32,000 nt of DNA from Candidatus Heimdallarchaeota archaeon B3_Heim. GTDB lineage: Archaea > Asgardarchaeota > Heimdallarchaeia > Hodarchaeales > Hodarchaeaceae. This document shows, piece after piece, positions 18,293 to 27,945 of this stretch. Each line of letters starts with the position of its first letter. The first letter of the stretch is position 1. The stretch is taken from NCBI GenBank assembly GCA_003144275.1, contig NJBF01000025.1, forward strand, positions 30,001 through 62,000, in the 5' to 3' direction. Both the position numbers and the translations under genes were made by a program. The notes below the pieces were generated by a model, which worked only from the letters and a program-made list of their open reading frames with translations, was not told the DNA's origin and searched no databases.

Positions 18293-19231
18293 TTAAGAGC
18301 CAATATGGAGTAGGTCACAATATTTTAAGGTGACTAGCAATTCATAGGTACACTTTCCTGTCCATTCCCGTTCTACCTGTTTCCATATTTCATCTTCTCC
18401 CCATTTCCAAAGAGGATGTGAACCTCCATCATCTCCCAATCGTTTTACTTCATTTTCAATTAATTGTTTCATCTTTTTGGGATGTTTTTGGTAGAGATAG
18501 GAAGTTTTTTCAGTAATTAACCTCTGTATCTTGATTTCTTCGAATTTTTGTTCATCCAAGAGCTCTAAGTTCTCAAAGGTTGTATCTAGCATAGTCATAA
18601 TGTCTTCTGATAATTCCTGAGAAACATGGGGTATTAGACGCTTGAAACATAGAAATTTGTAGTAGATAAACTCTGTGAGTCTGGGTACTAGTTTGAGATA
18701 TTTTTGCAAATCTCTCACTATTTCATCATACAACGATTGCGAAATGAGCTGTTGATACCGTAGGAGATAGCCTATCACCTCTACGCTCGGATTCGGCCAT
18801 TCTTCAATCCTTGGGGTTTTAAGTTTTTTTCCAGACCACCAAGGGGCGTGTAATGAGTGGTTTGATTCCAAAGGAGTTAGATTCCAGAAGTAGTTTAGGG
18901 GAGAACCTTTTGGAAATTCTTGGACTTCTCTTATAAGATATAGAATTGCCTGTTTAATCATCTCATTTGGTTCTGAAAGTTTTAGTTCATGTACATATTG
19001 CATAGCTACGGTTGTTGCTAAAACAGAGGATTTTTTTGTCCGGAAATCTGGTTCCAAGGCCTGTCCAAAACCTCCGTCCTCATTTTGATAGGTCTTTAGG
19101 ATATCAAGGACTGTTCGGGGTGATTTATCCATAAATTCGAATTCAAAAAGGGCTCGATCCAACGGTCGGGCATGGGTCATGATATAGTGTCTGGCTTTTG
19201 TAAATTTCTCATTGGAAAGCATTATAGTCAC
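18293..19231 (-). CDS. Terpenoid cyclase/prenyltransferase-like alpha-alpha toroid protein (QW-type motif), function unknown
   Basis: LKTYQNEDGGFGQALEPDFR and a second degenerate LGDDGGS motif; otherwise helical. Confidence 0.7.
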   Translation of the reverse strand: MTIMLSNEKFTKARHYIMTHARPLDRALFEFEFMDKSPRTVLDILKTYQNEDGGFGQALEPDFRTKKSSVLATTVAMQYVHELKLSEPNEMIKQAILYLIREVQEFPKGSPLNYFWNLTPLESNHSLHAPWWSGKKLKTPRIEEWPNPSVEVIGYLLRYQQLISQSLYDEIVRDLQKYLKLVPRLTEFIYYKFLCFKRLIPHVSQELSEDIMTMLDTTFENLELLDEQKFEEIKIQRLITEKTSYLYQKHPKKMKQLIENEVKRLGDDGGSHPLWKWGEDEIWKQVEREWTGKCTYELLVTLKYCDLLHIGS

Positions 19232-19446
19232 AAAATAGTAGAATTTATACTGTTTGTAAGTTTTTGCCGAGTAAGAACTCTACCTTCACACTTTTTCAAG
19301 AACTTAAGAAAATTTAGGTTGGGAATTTTGATCAAGTGAGATGATATGCCTTCAGGAAAAAGAATAATAATTGACTCAGGTCGAAAGGGAAACTATAAGG
19401 AAACTCTGTAATATACTGAAAACTAATGAAAGAATTCATTTAGGAT

Positions 19447-20889
19447 GTGGAAATAATCGAAGATGTGTTAGAATATGCAGTGAATGAGGGTGAAAAAGCA
19501 GGTGCCGATTTTGTTGAAGCTCGATTCGAGGATCTGAAGTTACAAACTTTAATCCGTGAAAAGGAAACCATGAAGGACGTTTTAAGCTCCCGTCGACGAG
19601 GAATCGGGATAACAACGTATTATAAGGGAGTACAAGGCTTTTCCTATACAGCCGCACTTTCACAACCTGATGTGAAGGAAACTGTACTTAGAGCAGTGAA
19701 AATTGCCAAAGTATCCGAACCAACGGCGAGACTTCGATTACCCTTCGAAAAAGATGGAAAACTACCCGATTTACGGACTCCTCTTGAATTCAAGGTCAAT
19801 AAACATCCAATAAAGTATGACTTAGCTTACAAAAAAGAATTAGTAGATAGAGCATCGAGTACCGCGCTGTCATTTGATACTCCCAAAGTCAACTCAATCA
19901 TCGGCCGCTATGGTGAATTAAGTGGAATCAAAATGCTCTATACCTCAGAAAATCGGTTGGTTAGCTACAAACCGATAATTACTGATCTTAGAATGACTGT
20001 TATTGTTAAAGATCCGAAAACAGGAGAATTACTTCGAGCTGGAGATGGCCATGGTGGAGCTTACGGGTTAGATAGGTGGGAACAGAAAGGAAGAACACCT
20101 GAAGAAATCGCAACGAATGCTTATAATTGGACTGTGGAGAAATGTGACGCGAAAAAACCTCCTGCAGGAAAACATCCCGTGCTTACTGATCCAGAACTAA
20201 CAGCTGTACTTGCACACGAATCCTTTGGCCACCTAACGGAAGCAGATGGAGTGGTAGAAAAATCGAGTCCATTGACAGGCAAGATTGGTCAAAAAATTGC
20301 AAATGATAATATCAATGTTATCGATATTGGAGTAAATCCAGGTGAGGGGGGTCTTTGGTTACCGTATGATGACCAAGGAGTTCCTACAGCAGATACAAGT
20401 CTCGTTGAAGAAGGTGTGCTTAAGTCATATCTGCATAACAGAGGAACAGAGCAGGCATTACCAGATTCGGGTGGCCTTAGTGGAAACGCTCGCGCATTAA
20501 CCTATCGATTTTCTCCCATTCCCCGAATGAAAAATACAATTTTCCTCCCTGGTGAAGTGAAAACTGAGGAAGAAATGTTAGAGTTACTTGGAACAGGTAT
20601 TTATTCGATTGATACCTCTGGCGGCTCTGTATCAATGTCCAACTTTCAATTTTTCGCACTTCGAGGCTATTGGGTAGAAAACGGTGAGAAAAAATATCCG
20701 TTGCGTGATCACCTTTTAACTGGAAATATATTGCAGTGTCTCTTACAGGTTGAAGCGTTGAGTCAAGAAACAGTGTTATTATCAGGGTATTTCGGAGGCT
20801 GTGGTAAAGGAGGACAAAATGGTTTGTCTGTTGGAATGGGTGCTCCTCACATGCTTTTTTCAGAAATTCAAGTCGGAGGAGAAAATTAA
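19447..20889 (+). CDS. tldD: TldD family metalloprotease subunit
   Basis: HExxGH motif LAHESFGHLTEAD, YDDQG, GNARA, PRMKNT and C-terminal GCGKGGQ. Confidence 0.95.
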   Translation: MEIIEDVLEYAVNEGEKAGADFVEARFEDLKLQTLIREKETMKDVLSSRRRGIGITTYYKGVQGFSYTAALSQPDVKETVLRAVKIAKVSEPTARLRLPFEKDGKLPDLRTPLEFKVNKHPIKYDLAYKKELVDRASSTALSFDTPKVNSIIGRYGELSGIKMLYTSENRLVSYKPIITDLRMTVIVKDPKTGELLRAGDGHGGAYGLDRWEQKGRTPEEIATNAYNWTVEKCDAKKPPAGKHPVLTDPELTAVLAHESFGHLTEADGVVEKSSPLTGKIGQKIANDNINVIDIGVNPGEGGLWLPYDDQGVPTADTSLVEEGVLKSYLHNRGTEQALPDSGGLSGNARALTYRFSPIPRMKNTIFLPGEVKTEEEMLELLGTGIYSIDTSGGSVSMSNFQFFALRGYWVENGEKKYPLRDHLLTGNILQCLLQVEALSQETVLLSGYFGGCGKGGQNGLSVGMGAPHMLFSEIQVGGEN

Positions 20890-20906
20890 TTCTCGGATGT
20901 GATAAT

Positions 20907-22298
20907 ATGGGAAAAGTCGAATTTGAAAATATTAAAGGGTATCTACAGGGACTCGCTGATGATTCAATAAAATACGGAGTGGCGAAATACCCAGGAATGG
21001 AAATAGAGTCCTATCTTACATATGGATATGAAAGTGAAATTAGCATCGAGGGTGGACTCCCTAAGGCTGTTGATGGATTTGGTGGGGGAATCGGGGTTCG
21101 AGTTGCGGATAAAAAATGTGTTGGTTTTGCTTCTTTTTCGGGATTGACAAAAGAAGGGCTATCGGCTACAGTAGATGATGCCGTGGCGACAATGAGGGCG
21201 ATAAATGCCACCGATGAGAAATTTCAGGGATTTGCTGATCCTATAAAACGTCATTCTACTGATGGAGATTTTTACAAGCCCATACTTGATTTAACCTCGG
21301 CTGAACTTATTCAAATGGTAAATCAGATTACAACTGAAGCACGAGAAGTCGATAAACGTGTGGCCACCATTGTGGGAAACACAGGACTAGCCTATGGTGG
21401 TTTTGCAGTAGCCAATAATCGTGGAATCAATAATGCAAGTACCTCTGTAGCGTCATTCATTGTAATTCAATGTATTGCCCAGGAACCTGGTTCTGATAAG
21501 CGAAAAATTGGCTTTGAATTTGATGTGAGTCGATCACGTGCACTAAAGTGGGATGGTTTAGCTGAAAAAGCAGCGACTCACGCAGTAAATCTCTTGGAGA
21601 CAAAGAAGCTAGACAAATCAACACAATTACCAACGGTTTGGGAACCTCGAATTAGTTCGACATATATTCTCAGTAGCCTTTCACCTGCATTAAATGGACG
21701 GATGGTGGTAGAAGGACGTTCACGTTTTGCCGATCGAATTGGTGAGGACATCACACTCAAAGAATTCTCATTATATGACGATGGCCAAATTCCCGAAGGA
21801 CTTGGTACCTCAGCGTTTGATGCGGAAGGAATTCCAACGCAAAGAACTTCCTTGATTGAAAATGGCGTATTGAAAAACTTCCTCTTTGATTCCTATTACT
21901 CGCGAGTATTTGGGACAGAAAGCACAGCAAATGCTTCACGTGGAGGTCAGGGTTTTACTTCAACTCCCCAAATAGGAGTGACAACATTAATTGTACCAGA
22001 AGGCTCTACGGATGTTGATTCAGCAATAAGTGAAATTTCTGAAGGTATCTATATGCAAGATTATGTGATGGGACTAGGACACTCTGATCCAGTTAGTGGA
22101 GATTTTTCAGCGGTTGCTCCCCAATCTCTCTATATCAAAGATGGTGAAATCGCGGGATCCTTAGATCCTGTTACAATTGGAGGAAATTTCTATAAAGGAC
22201 TGAATGAGATTCGTCATTTGTGCACAGATGCGATTCTAACTCCGTGGAACATCAAGATACCTACAATGATCATCGATGGGTTTACAGTATCAGGGTAA
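20907..22298 (+). CDS. pmbA: TldE/PmbA family protein (non-catalytic partner)
   Basis: FDAEGIPT, GVLKNFLFDSYY, STANASR and SGDFS; no HExxH; adjacent to tldD. Confidence 0.93.
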   Translation: MGKVEFENIKGYLQGLADDSIKYGVAKYPGMEIESYLTYGYESEISIEGGLPKAVDGFGGGIGVRVADKKCVGFASFSGLTKEGLSATVDDAVATMRAINATDEKFQGFADPIKRHSTDGDFYKPILDLTSAELIQMVNQITTEAREVDKRVATIVGNTGLAYGGFAVANNRGINNASTSVASFIVIQCIAQEPGSDKRKIGFEFDVSRSRALKWDGLAEKAATHAVNLLETKKLDKSTQLPTVWEPRISSTYILSSLSPALNGRMVVEGRSRFADRIGEDITLKEFSLYDDGQIPEGLGTSAFDAEGIPTQRTSLIENGVLKNFLFDSYYSRVFGTESTANASRGGQGFTSTPQIGVTTLIVPEGSTDVDSAISEISEGIYMQDYVMGLGHSDPVSGDFSAVAPQSLYIKDGEIAGSLDPVTIGGNFYKGLNEIRHLCTDAILTPWNIKIPTMIIDGFTVSG

Positions 22299-22340
22299 AC
22301 CAATCACTTCTATTTTTTGAATTTGCATTAGCTAGAATTC

Positions 22341-23246
22341 TTGTTAATGAATGGATTAATTATGTCAAATGAAAACGAAACAGAATCTGTTCTAATTGAA
22401 CATCCTCTACTTGTAAGTTTGATTCTAACATTTGTTTATGGTTTTGCTATCTATCTTCCCGATTATCTTGACCTTGAAAATGTGTTTTTTACTAATCCCT
22501 CTCCTTTTGAGAGAATATCCTTCGAGTTTGTCTCTAGGTTTACATTGAGTGGTTTATTATGGATATTTGTAGTTCCAATTTCGTTGTACTTAATGAAAGG
22601 ACTCACCTCACGAGATTTTCTGAGGACAATTCGTCTTCATCCCAACCAAATCTCTAGTAGAAGCATTCTATTGGGATTAACTGTCAGTATCTCGTTTTTT
22701 ATTTGTGTCGTATTAACTGCAATGCTTCTAGGAGTTTATACATCGAATTTTTCTCTTTTAACCTCCCCTGATTATGAAAATGGGCTGGGATGGTTTATAT
22801 TTGTTTTCGCGCTCATCCCTGGAATCTGGGAGGAAATAGCTTTTCGGGGGATAATTTTTTCATTCCTATTATCAAGATATTCAGTAGGAAAAGCATTGCT
22901 GCTTGATAGTGTTTTATTTTCCCTATTTCACATCTTTAATTATCTTCTTCTAAATCAAGATTTATCCTCTGTACTTTTCCAATCTATTGCCGCTATTCCT
23001 GTGGGGTTATCACTTGCATACTTAGTTGTAAAAACAGATAGCATTCTTCCTGCTATTTTAATCCACTACTCCATTGATGTTACCCTCTTTATCAGTGGAT
23101 TTATCTTTGATTTGAGTAACACTAGTTCAACTTTGATTTTCGCTCTCTTGTCATTAATTGTAATCCCTCCGTTTCTCATCCTTCTTTTTTCATGGATATT
23201 TTCGAGTAACGGTAAAGACCATACAACTGATCTTAAAGGAAAATAG
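22341..23246 (+). CDS. CPBP family (CAAX protease/Abi, Rce1-like) intramembrane glutamic metalloprotease
   Basis: IWEEIAFRG, FSLFH and HYSID motifs in a multi-TM protein. The true start may be the ATG at 22362. Confidence 0.92.
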   Translation: MLMNGLIMSNENETESVLIEHPLLVSLILTFVYGFAIYLPDYLDLENVFFTNPSPFERISFEFVSRFTLSGLLWIFVVPISLYLMKGLTSRDFLRTIRLHPNQISSRSILLGLTVSISFFICVVLTAMLLGVYTSNFSLLTSPDYENGLGWFIFVFALIPGIWEEIAFRGIIFSFLLSRYSVGKALLLDSVLFSLFHIFNYLLLNQDLSSVLFQSIAAIPVGLSLAYLVVKTDSILPAILIHYSIDVTLFISGFIFDLSNTSSTLIFALLSLIVIPPFLILLFSWIFSSNGKDHTTDLKGK

Positions 23247-23379
23247 TGAAAAAAAAGACAATTAACGACTTAGAAGAAAAGAAAAAAAGAAGATATTTCG
23301 CATATCTTCAAATTGAGGGTTGGCCTGGTTTAATCCTAATTTAACATCGCTCTTTTATGTTTCAATGTTAAATTTTGAT

Positions 23380-23757
23380 CTACTCTGGTGCAGGATCCCA
23401 TCGATATTGATATCGATACTGCCATTCCAGTTCCCAGTGAATCTTAGCCATTTTTGGTACATGACTTTCAGGAGGGCCGTAGCAATTTCTTTTTCCATCA
23501 CCTGGATTAGAATCACCACCATCCCCGCCGTCAGATGGGCAAGGACAATAGCATTCACACTCACCAGAGCCATCACAGGTACAATCATGATCTTGGTCAC
23601 GATAACGGTCACGATCGCGATCACGATCTAAATCACCATTCTCAAGGCCATCTCCAGGGACATCAGGTGTTGCTGATGCAAACCCTAGTCCTCCAGATAA
23701 AAGGAGGATAATGGAAAGAAACGCTAAAGGTAGTAGTATTTTCTTAATTTTTATCAC
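23380..23757 (-). CDS. Small secreted low-complexity protein with an Asp-Arg repeat and a Cys-rich segment
   Basis: Signal-peptide-like N-terminus (KIKKILLPLAFLSIILLLSGGLGFASA), then DLDRDRDRDRYRDQDHDCTCDGSGECECYCPCP. The start codon is uncertain because the GTG lies within the GGTGA motif. Confidence 0.7.
   Translation of the reverse strand: MIKIKKILLPLAFLSIILLLSGGLGFASATPDVPGDGLENGDLDRDRDRDRYRDQDHDCTCDGSGECECYCPCPSDGGDGGDSNPGDGKRNCYGPPESHVPKMAKIHWELEWQYRYQYRWDPAPE
23590..23629 (-). repeat. Degenerate hexamer tandem repeat (GATCGT/GATCGC/GACCGT) encoding the DR repeat
   Basis: The minus strand reads gat cgt gat cgc gat cgt gac cgt tat cgt gac caa gat. Synonymous variation suggests selection at the protein level. 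Confidence 0.7.
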
Positions 23758-24081
23758 CTTTTTTAGTTGAGTTTTATATTGAATATAGTTACAGTTTGAT
23801 AATTTATGTAACTAAACGCAAGAATTGATCTGATATATTAAAGAAATGAGGAACACTTCTTTTCAGAATACCTGTCTTCTCCTCCGCATTCAAGAGAAAT
23901 ATCCTCAAAAAACTTTCTTTTTTTGAGAGTTCAAAATTAAATTAACTGATTCTGATGATGTATAATGAGCAATACTACTGTAAATTGATTCTCGACCATC
24001 AAATTAGAAGGACTTAACCTCTTGAAAACAAAAGGTGCTCTTTCTATAAAAAGGATAGAAGGAATTTTTAGTCCTACAAAT

Positions 24082-25926
24082 TTAATGAGTCGCAGAAATG
24101 ACAGATTTTTCTTCAAGTTTCAATTCTTGGAGAGATCCTTGATGTGCATAGTAGGTAAAATATAGTTTCCTATACGGCCCTTTCCTAGCTATTAATTCTG
24201 TGTGAGTTCCTTGATCCACAATCTTTCCCTCATCAAGAACGAGTATTCTATCAGCGTTTAAGATAGTACTTAATCTATGAGCTATAACAATTGTAGTACG
24301 ATTTGAGAAGACAGTTTTTAGTGCTTTTTGAATCATATACTCCGTATACGCATCTACAGAAGCAGTCGCTTCATCAAGTAAGAGAATTCGTGGATCTTTT
24401 AAGAGAATACGAGCTAAAGAAAGCAATTGTCTTTGACCCTGAGATAAACCACGTCCACGTTCACGAATAGGAGTGTCTAGTCCTTTTGGTAATAATTTAA
24501 TGAATGAGTCGGCATTCACGGCATGTAATGCCCACTGAAGTTGATCTTCCGAAGCAATTGGTGAACCTAGCATGATATTTTCTCGGATTGTCCCAGAAAA
24601 AAGGAAGGGTTCTTGGAGGACAAACCCGATTTGATCACGTATACTATCTGCTTCTAGATGTTTAAGACACCATTTTCCATTTAACACAATTTCTCCACCA
24701 GTATACTCATAAAACCGTGCAAGAAGAGAAGCAATGGTCGTTTTCCCTGCTCCTGTGGGGCCAACAATAGCTAGTGTTTGGCCAGCAGGAATATGTAAAT
24801 CGAAATTTGTTAAAATAGGTTCTCCCTTTTTATACTCAAAATTAACATTCTGAAAGTCAATTTCCCCTGTAAGAGGAGGGCAGGGTAACTGATCCTCTGA
24901 ATACATACTAAGGGGAACATCCATTAGTGAAAATATTCTTTCTCCAGCAGCAAATCCTCCTTGTAATGTTGCATAAAAGGTTGATAAAGCAATGAGAGGT
25001 TGAAACAATCTCCTTAAATAGGTAATAAAGAGATAAAGTAAACTAGCTGATAATGCACCAGACAGAATGGAATTACCTCCCGCAAGAAGAAGAATGAATA
25101 GGCCAATTGCCGCAATCAAGTCAAATAATGGGCCAACGACCCGAAACAGAGTTGCTTGACGAATATTTATCCTCACCTTTTCTCTTTGAAGTTTTCCGAA
25201 ATTGTCGAGGACATTTCTTTCTTGGCCAAATGATTTTGTAATTTGGATACCAGATATCTGTTCCTCTACAAATGAATTAAGCGTTGCCTCTGCACGTCTT
25301 TGAAGTAGTGAGGCTTTTCGAAAGACAGAACGAAACGCATAGATAGTACCAAACAGTATCGGGAAAATAATTAACGAAATCAGGGTTAATTGCCATTGCA
25401 ATAGAAGCATTGTACCTAAAATTAGCGTGGCACGTAGAATAACTGATCCTAGATCCATCATAGAGGTTAAGACTCCTCCTAGCTGAAAGGTATCACCAGA
25501 AATTCTAGACATGATTTTTCCTGTTTTATTTTGATCAAAAAATGCTATTTCATGCTTATTGACTCTAGAAAAAATATCTCGTCTTAAATCATAAGTCACA
25601 TGGGATTGTAACTTCTGACTATTGACAGTGGATATATATGTTAGTATCCACTCAAGAGTGAGAAGAACCAAATACCCGACGGTAGCTAAAATAATAATCG
25701 TTAAATTTCTATCCTCAGGCGATTTAAAGAGTTGATCTAGCCCTACTGCTAATCCTAATGGTACAATAATTGAAACTAGTGCACTTAATAGAGAAAAAAT
25801 GAGAACTAAAGTCAAATATCGTCGGTGATTTCCTAAGTAGGGTAAAACACGACGAATAATTTGCCGTTCGGTATATTGCTTATCCCATTTTGCTGCATTC
25901 AGCGCTCCATATAAATGCCAGGCCAT
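24082..25926 (-). CDS. Heterodimeric type IV ABC exporter, subunit with catalytic Glu (TM288/TmrA-like)
   Basis: N-terminal TM domain plus NBD: GPTGAGKTT, LSQGQRQL, ILLLDEATASVD, IAHR. Confidence 0.95.
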   Translation of the reverse strand: MAWHLYGALNAAKWDKQYTERQIIRRVLPYLGNHRRYLTLVLIFSLLSALVSIIVPLGLAVGLDQLFKSPEDRNLTIIILATVGYLVLLTLEWILTYISTVNSQKLQSHVTYDLRRDIFSRVNKHEIAFFDQNKTGKIMSRISGDTFQLGGVLTSMMDLGSVILRATLILGTMLLLQWQLTLISLIIFPILFGTIYAFRSVFRKASLLQRRAEATLNSFVEEQISGIQITKSFGQERNVLDNFGKLQREKVRINIRQATLFRVVGPLFDLIAAIGLFILLLAGGNSILSGALSASLLYLFITYLRRLFQPLIALSTFYATLQGGFAAGERIFSLMDVPLSMYSEDQLPCPPLTGEIDFQNVNFEYKKGEPILTNFDLHIPAGQTLAIVGPTGAGKTTIASLLARFYEYTGGEIVLNGKWCLKHLEADSIRDQIGFVLQEPFLFSGTIRENIMLGSPIASEDQLQWALHAVNADSFIKLLPKGLDTPIRERGRGLSQGQRQLLSLARILLKDPRILLLDEATASVDAYTEYMIQKALKTVFSNRTTIVIAHRLSTILNADRILVLDEGKIVDQGTHTELIARKGPYRKLYFTYYAHQGSLQELKLEEKSVISATH

Positions 25927-27735
25927 TTAGACAGCCTCCTCTGAAATAAGTATTTCTTCAGGAATTGGAGGTAAATTCTCAAATTGTCGAAACATGTCTG
26001 CATAGTCTGTATTACGAGTATAAAGTGCATCATGTGTACCTATATCTTGAATTTGACCGCTATTCATCAGGACTACAACATCTGCTTTACGTAATACAGA
26101 TAATCGATGAGTAACAATAATAGTCGTTCGGGATTCAAGTAAATTCCCGATGGCACTTTGAATTTTTGCCTCAGTATGCGCATCAATGGCGGATGTCGAA
26201 TCATCCATGATTAGAATAGGGGGATTGATTATGAAAGCACGAGCAATGGCTAATCGTTGTCGTTGTCCCCCTGATAATGTAATTCCTCGCTCTCCAATAA
26301 CCGTATCATATTGTTTGGGTAATTTCGATACAAAACTGTGAATTTGAGCAGATTTAGCCACTTGAATCATTGTATCAGTTAAGTTTGACTTATCGTCATT
26401 ACTACCAAAAAGAATATTATCCTTTATACTTGCAGAAAAGAGGAAAATATCTTGCTCAATCACCCCAATTTGTTTTCTAAGGGCCTCGATTGGGTAATCC
26501 TTAATATTTACATTGTCAATGAATATTTTGCCACTAGTGGGGTCATACAGTCTATGGATTAATTTTTGGAGGGTTGTTTTCCCACAACCGGTATGTCCGA
26601 TAATTGCAACCGTTTGGCCAGGGGCGATTGTAAGATTAATATTTTTTAATACATCAGGCCCTTCTGGATTATAACGAAATGATACATGTTCAAACTGAAT
26701 CTTTCCACGTATTTGCTTAACTGGATGATCCCCCTCTTCAAGGAGTTGTTGCTCAGCAATAACAGAATAAACTCTCTTTCCGCCTGCAAATCCCATTGAT
26801 CCAAGGAATATTGTGAATCGGATGAACTGATTTGGTGTTTGAAGCAATAGAACAAGGCTGTTAAAAGCGATCACTGTTCCTGCACTCATATCTCCTAGAT
26901 ACACAAAATAGCTACCCAAGACAAAGAGAAGACCCATAGCAAAGTAGATAATAAGAGTGGGAAAATACCGTGCCGAAATTATTCCCCTCTCTATGAGAAT
27001 TTCACGGACTTCTTTCAGGTCTGAATCATATTTATCAAACTCACTCTGCCGATTGGATAAAGTTCGAAGGGCTCGGATTCCCGCGAGATTTTCTTGTAGA
27101 GTAGCCTGCCATTGGGCAAATAATGCTTGGCGTCGAATGGAAACAGGACCAAGATTTTTACCATAAATTACAATTGCTAGGGCAATGAATGGCACAAAGA
27201 GCAGAAACACAAAGAATAAGAATGAATCTAAAGCGTACATAGCGATCAAGCTGCCTACAGTAGTGGCTATAGCAAGACCAAACATTAGAATTGAAAGGAG
27301 CATCCAGGAAAGTTGTCGAGAATCGCTAGTTGCCATTGCTAGAAGTTCTCCAGTTCGCGCACTATCATGAAATGACATCGATTTTGAGTGCATGGATTCG
27401 AAAAATTCATTCTGAACGTCTTTAACAACTTCTTCTGAGAACCATGCATTTACCCATGATCCGAATGACGATGCCAAGAAATTGAGGACATAAAGTACGA
27501 GAAATATTGCACTAGTTGCAAATATCGTATCGAAATTGCTATTGATTGCTTCGTCAAAGAAGAATTGCAAAATAAAGGGAATAATAATGGAAAAAGCTGT
27601 GCCCAGAAACATTAACAGAAATCCGAAAAAGAACAAATATTTATGTTTCAGTAGATGGCCAAGGATCCAAGTAATGAAATTTCTATAATATCTGGAATGC
27701 AGATAAGTACTTGCTTTATACGTAGATTGACTCAT
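25927..27735 (-). CDS. Heterodimeric type IV ABC exporter, subunit with degenerate Walker B (TM287/TmrB-like)
   Basis: GHTGCGKTT, LSGGQRQR, ILIMDDSTSAID (Asp in place of the catalytic Glu). The stop abuts the next ATG (TAAATG). Confidence 0.95.
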   Translation of the reverse strand: MSQSTYKASTYLHSRYYRNFITWILGHLLKHKYLFFFGFLLMFLGTAFSIIIPFILQFFFDEAINSNFDTIFATSAIFLVLYVLNFLASSFGSWVNAWFSEEVVKDVQNEFFESMHSKSMSFHDSARTGELLAMATSDSRQLSWMLLSILMFGLAIATTVGSLIAMYALDSFLFFVFLLFVPFIALAIVIYGKNLGPVSIRRQALFAQWQATLQENLAGIRALRTLSNRQSEFDKYDSDLKEVREILIERGIISARYFPTLIIYFAMGLLFVLGSYFVYLGDMSAGTVIAFNSLVLLLQTPNQFIRFTIFLGSMGFAGGKRVYSVIAEQQLLEEGDHPVKQIRGKIQFEHVSFRYNPEGPDVLKNINLTIAPGQTVAIIGHTGCGKTTLQKLIHRLYDPTSGKIFIDNVNIKDYPIEALRKQIGVIEQDIFLFSASIKDNILFGSNDDKSNLTDTMIQVAKSAQIHSFVSKLPKQYDTVIGERGITLSGGQRQRLAIARAFIINPPILIMDDSTSAIDAHTEAKIQSAIGNLLESRTTIIVTHRLSVLRKADVVVLMNSGQIQDIGTHDALYTRNTDYADMFRQFENLPPIPEEILISEEAV

Positions 27736-27945
27736 GTTTCGACACCCTTTTCTAAAAATTAGTGGTATAAAAGAATTATGTTTGAAGATATCTTCACTTG
27801 GAGGTCTAACCTCTCAAACGAGTGACAATTGGAAGTTTTTCTTTTGTCACTTAACAATTGTTATACGAATGAAAACAAAACGAGACCTTTGCACAACACT
27901 AAAAAGAAAAGGTAGTTTTTCAACTCAATTATTATAGTAGCGCAG

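Noticed and set aside
23320-23631. Alternative ORFs 23320..23631 (+) and 23355..23624 (-) overlapping the Cys-rich peptide
   Set aside because: They stay open because the hexamer repeat lacks stops. Only the 23380..23757 frame has a signal peptide and synonymous variation in the repeat.
23786-23814. Inverted repeat TAGTTACA-N13-TGTAACTA, sharing TTATGTAACTA with the Lrp upstream region
   Set aside because: The 8-bp arms are AT-rich and the spacing differs from the Lrp site, so a shared regulon cannot be claimed.
23904-23927. Hairpin CTCAAAAAA-ctttct-TTTTTTGAG as a terminator
   Set aside because: The stem is almost all A/T homopolymer and lies ~155 nt from the nearest upstream stop. Expected by chance in such DNA.
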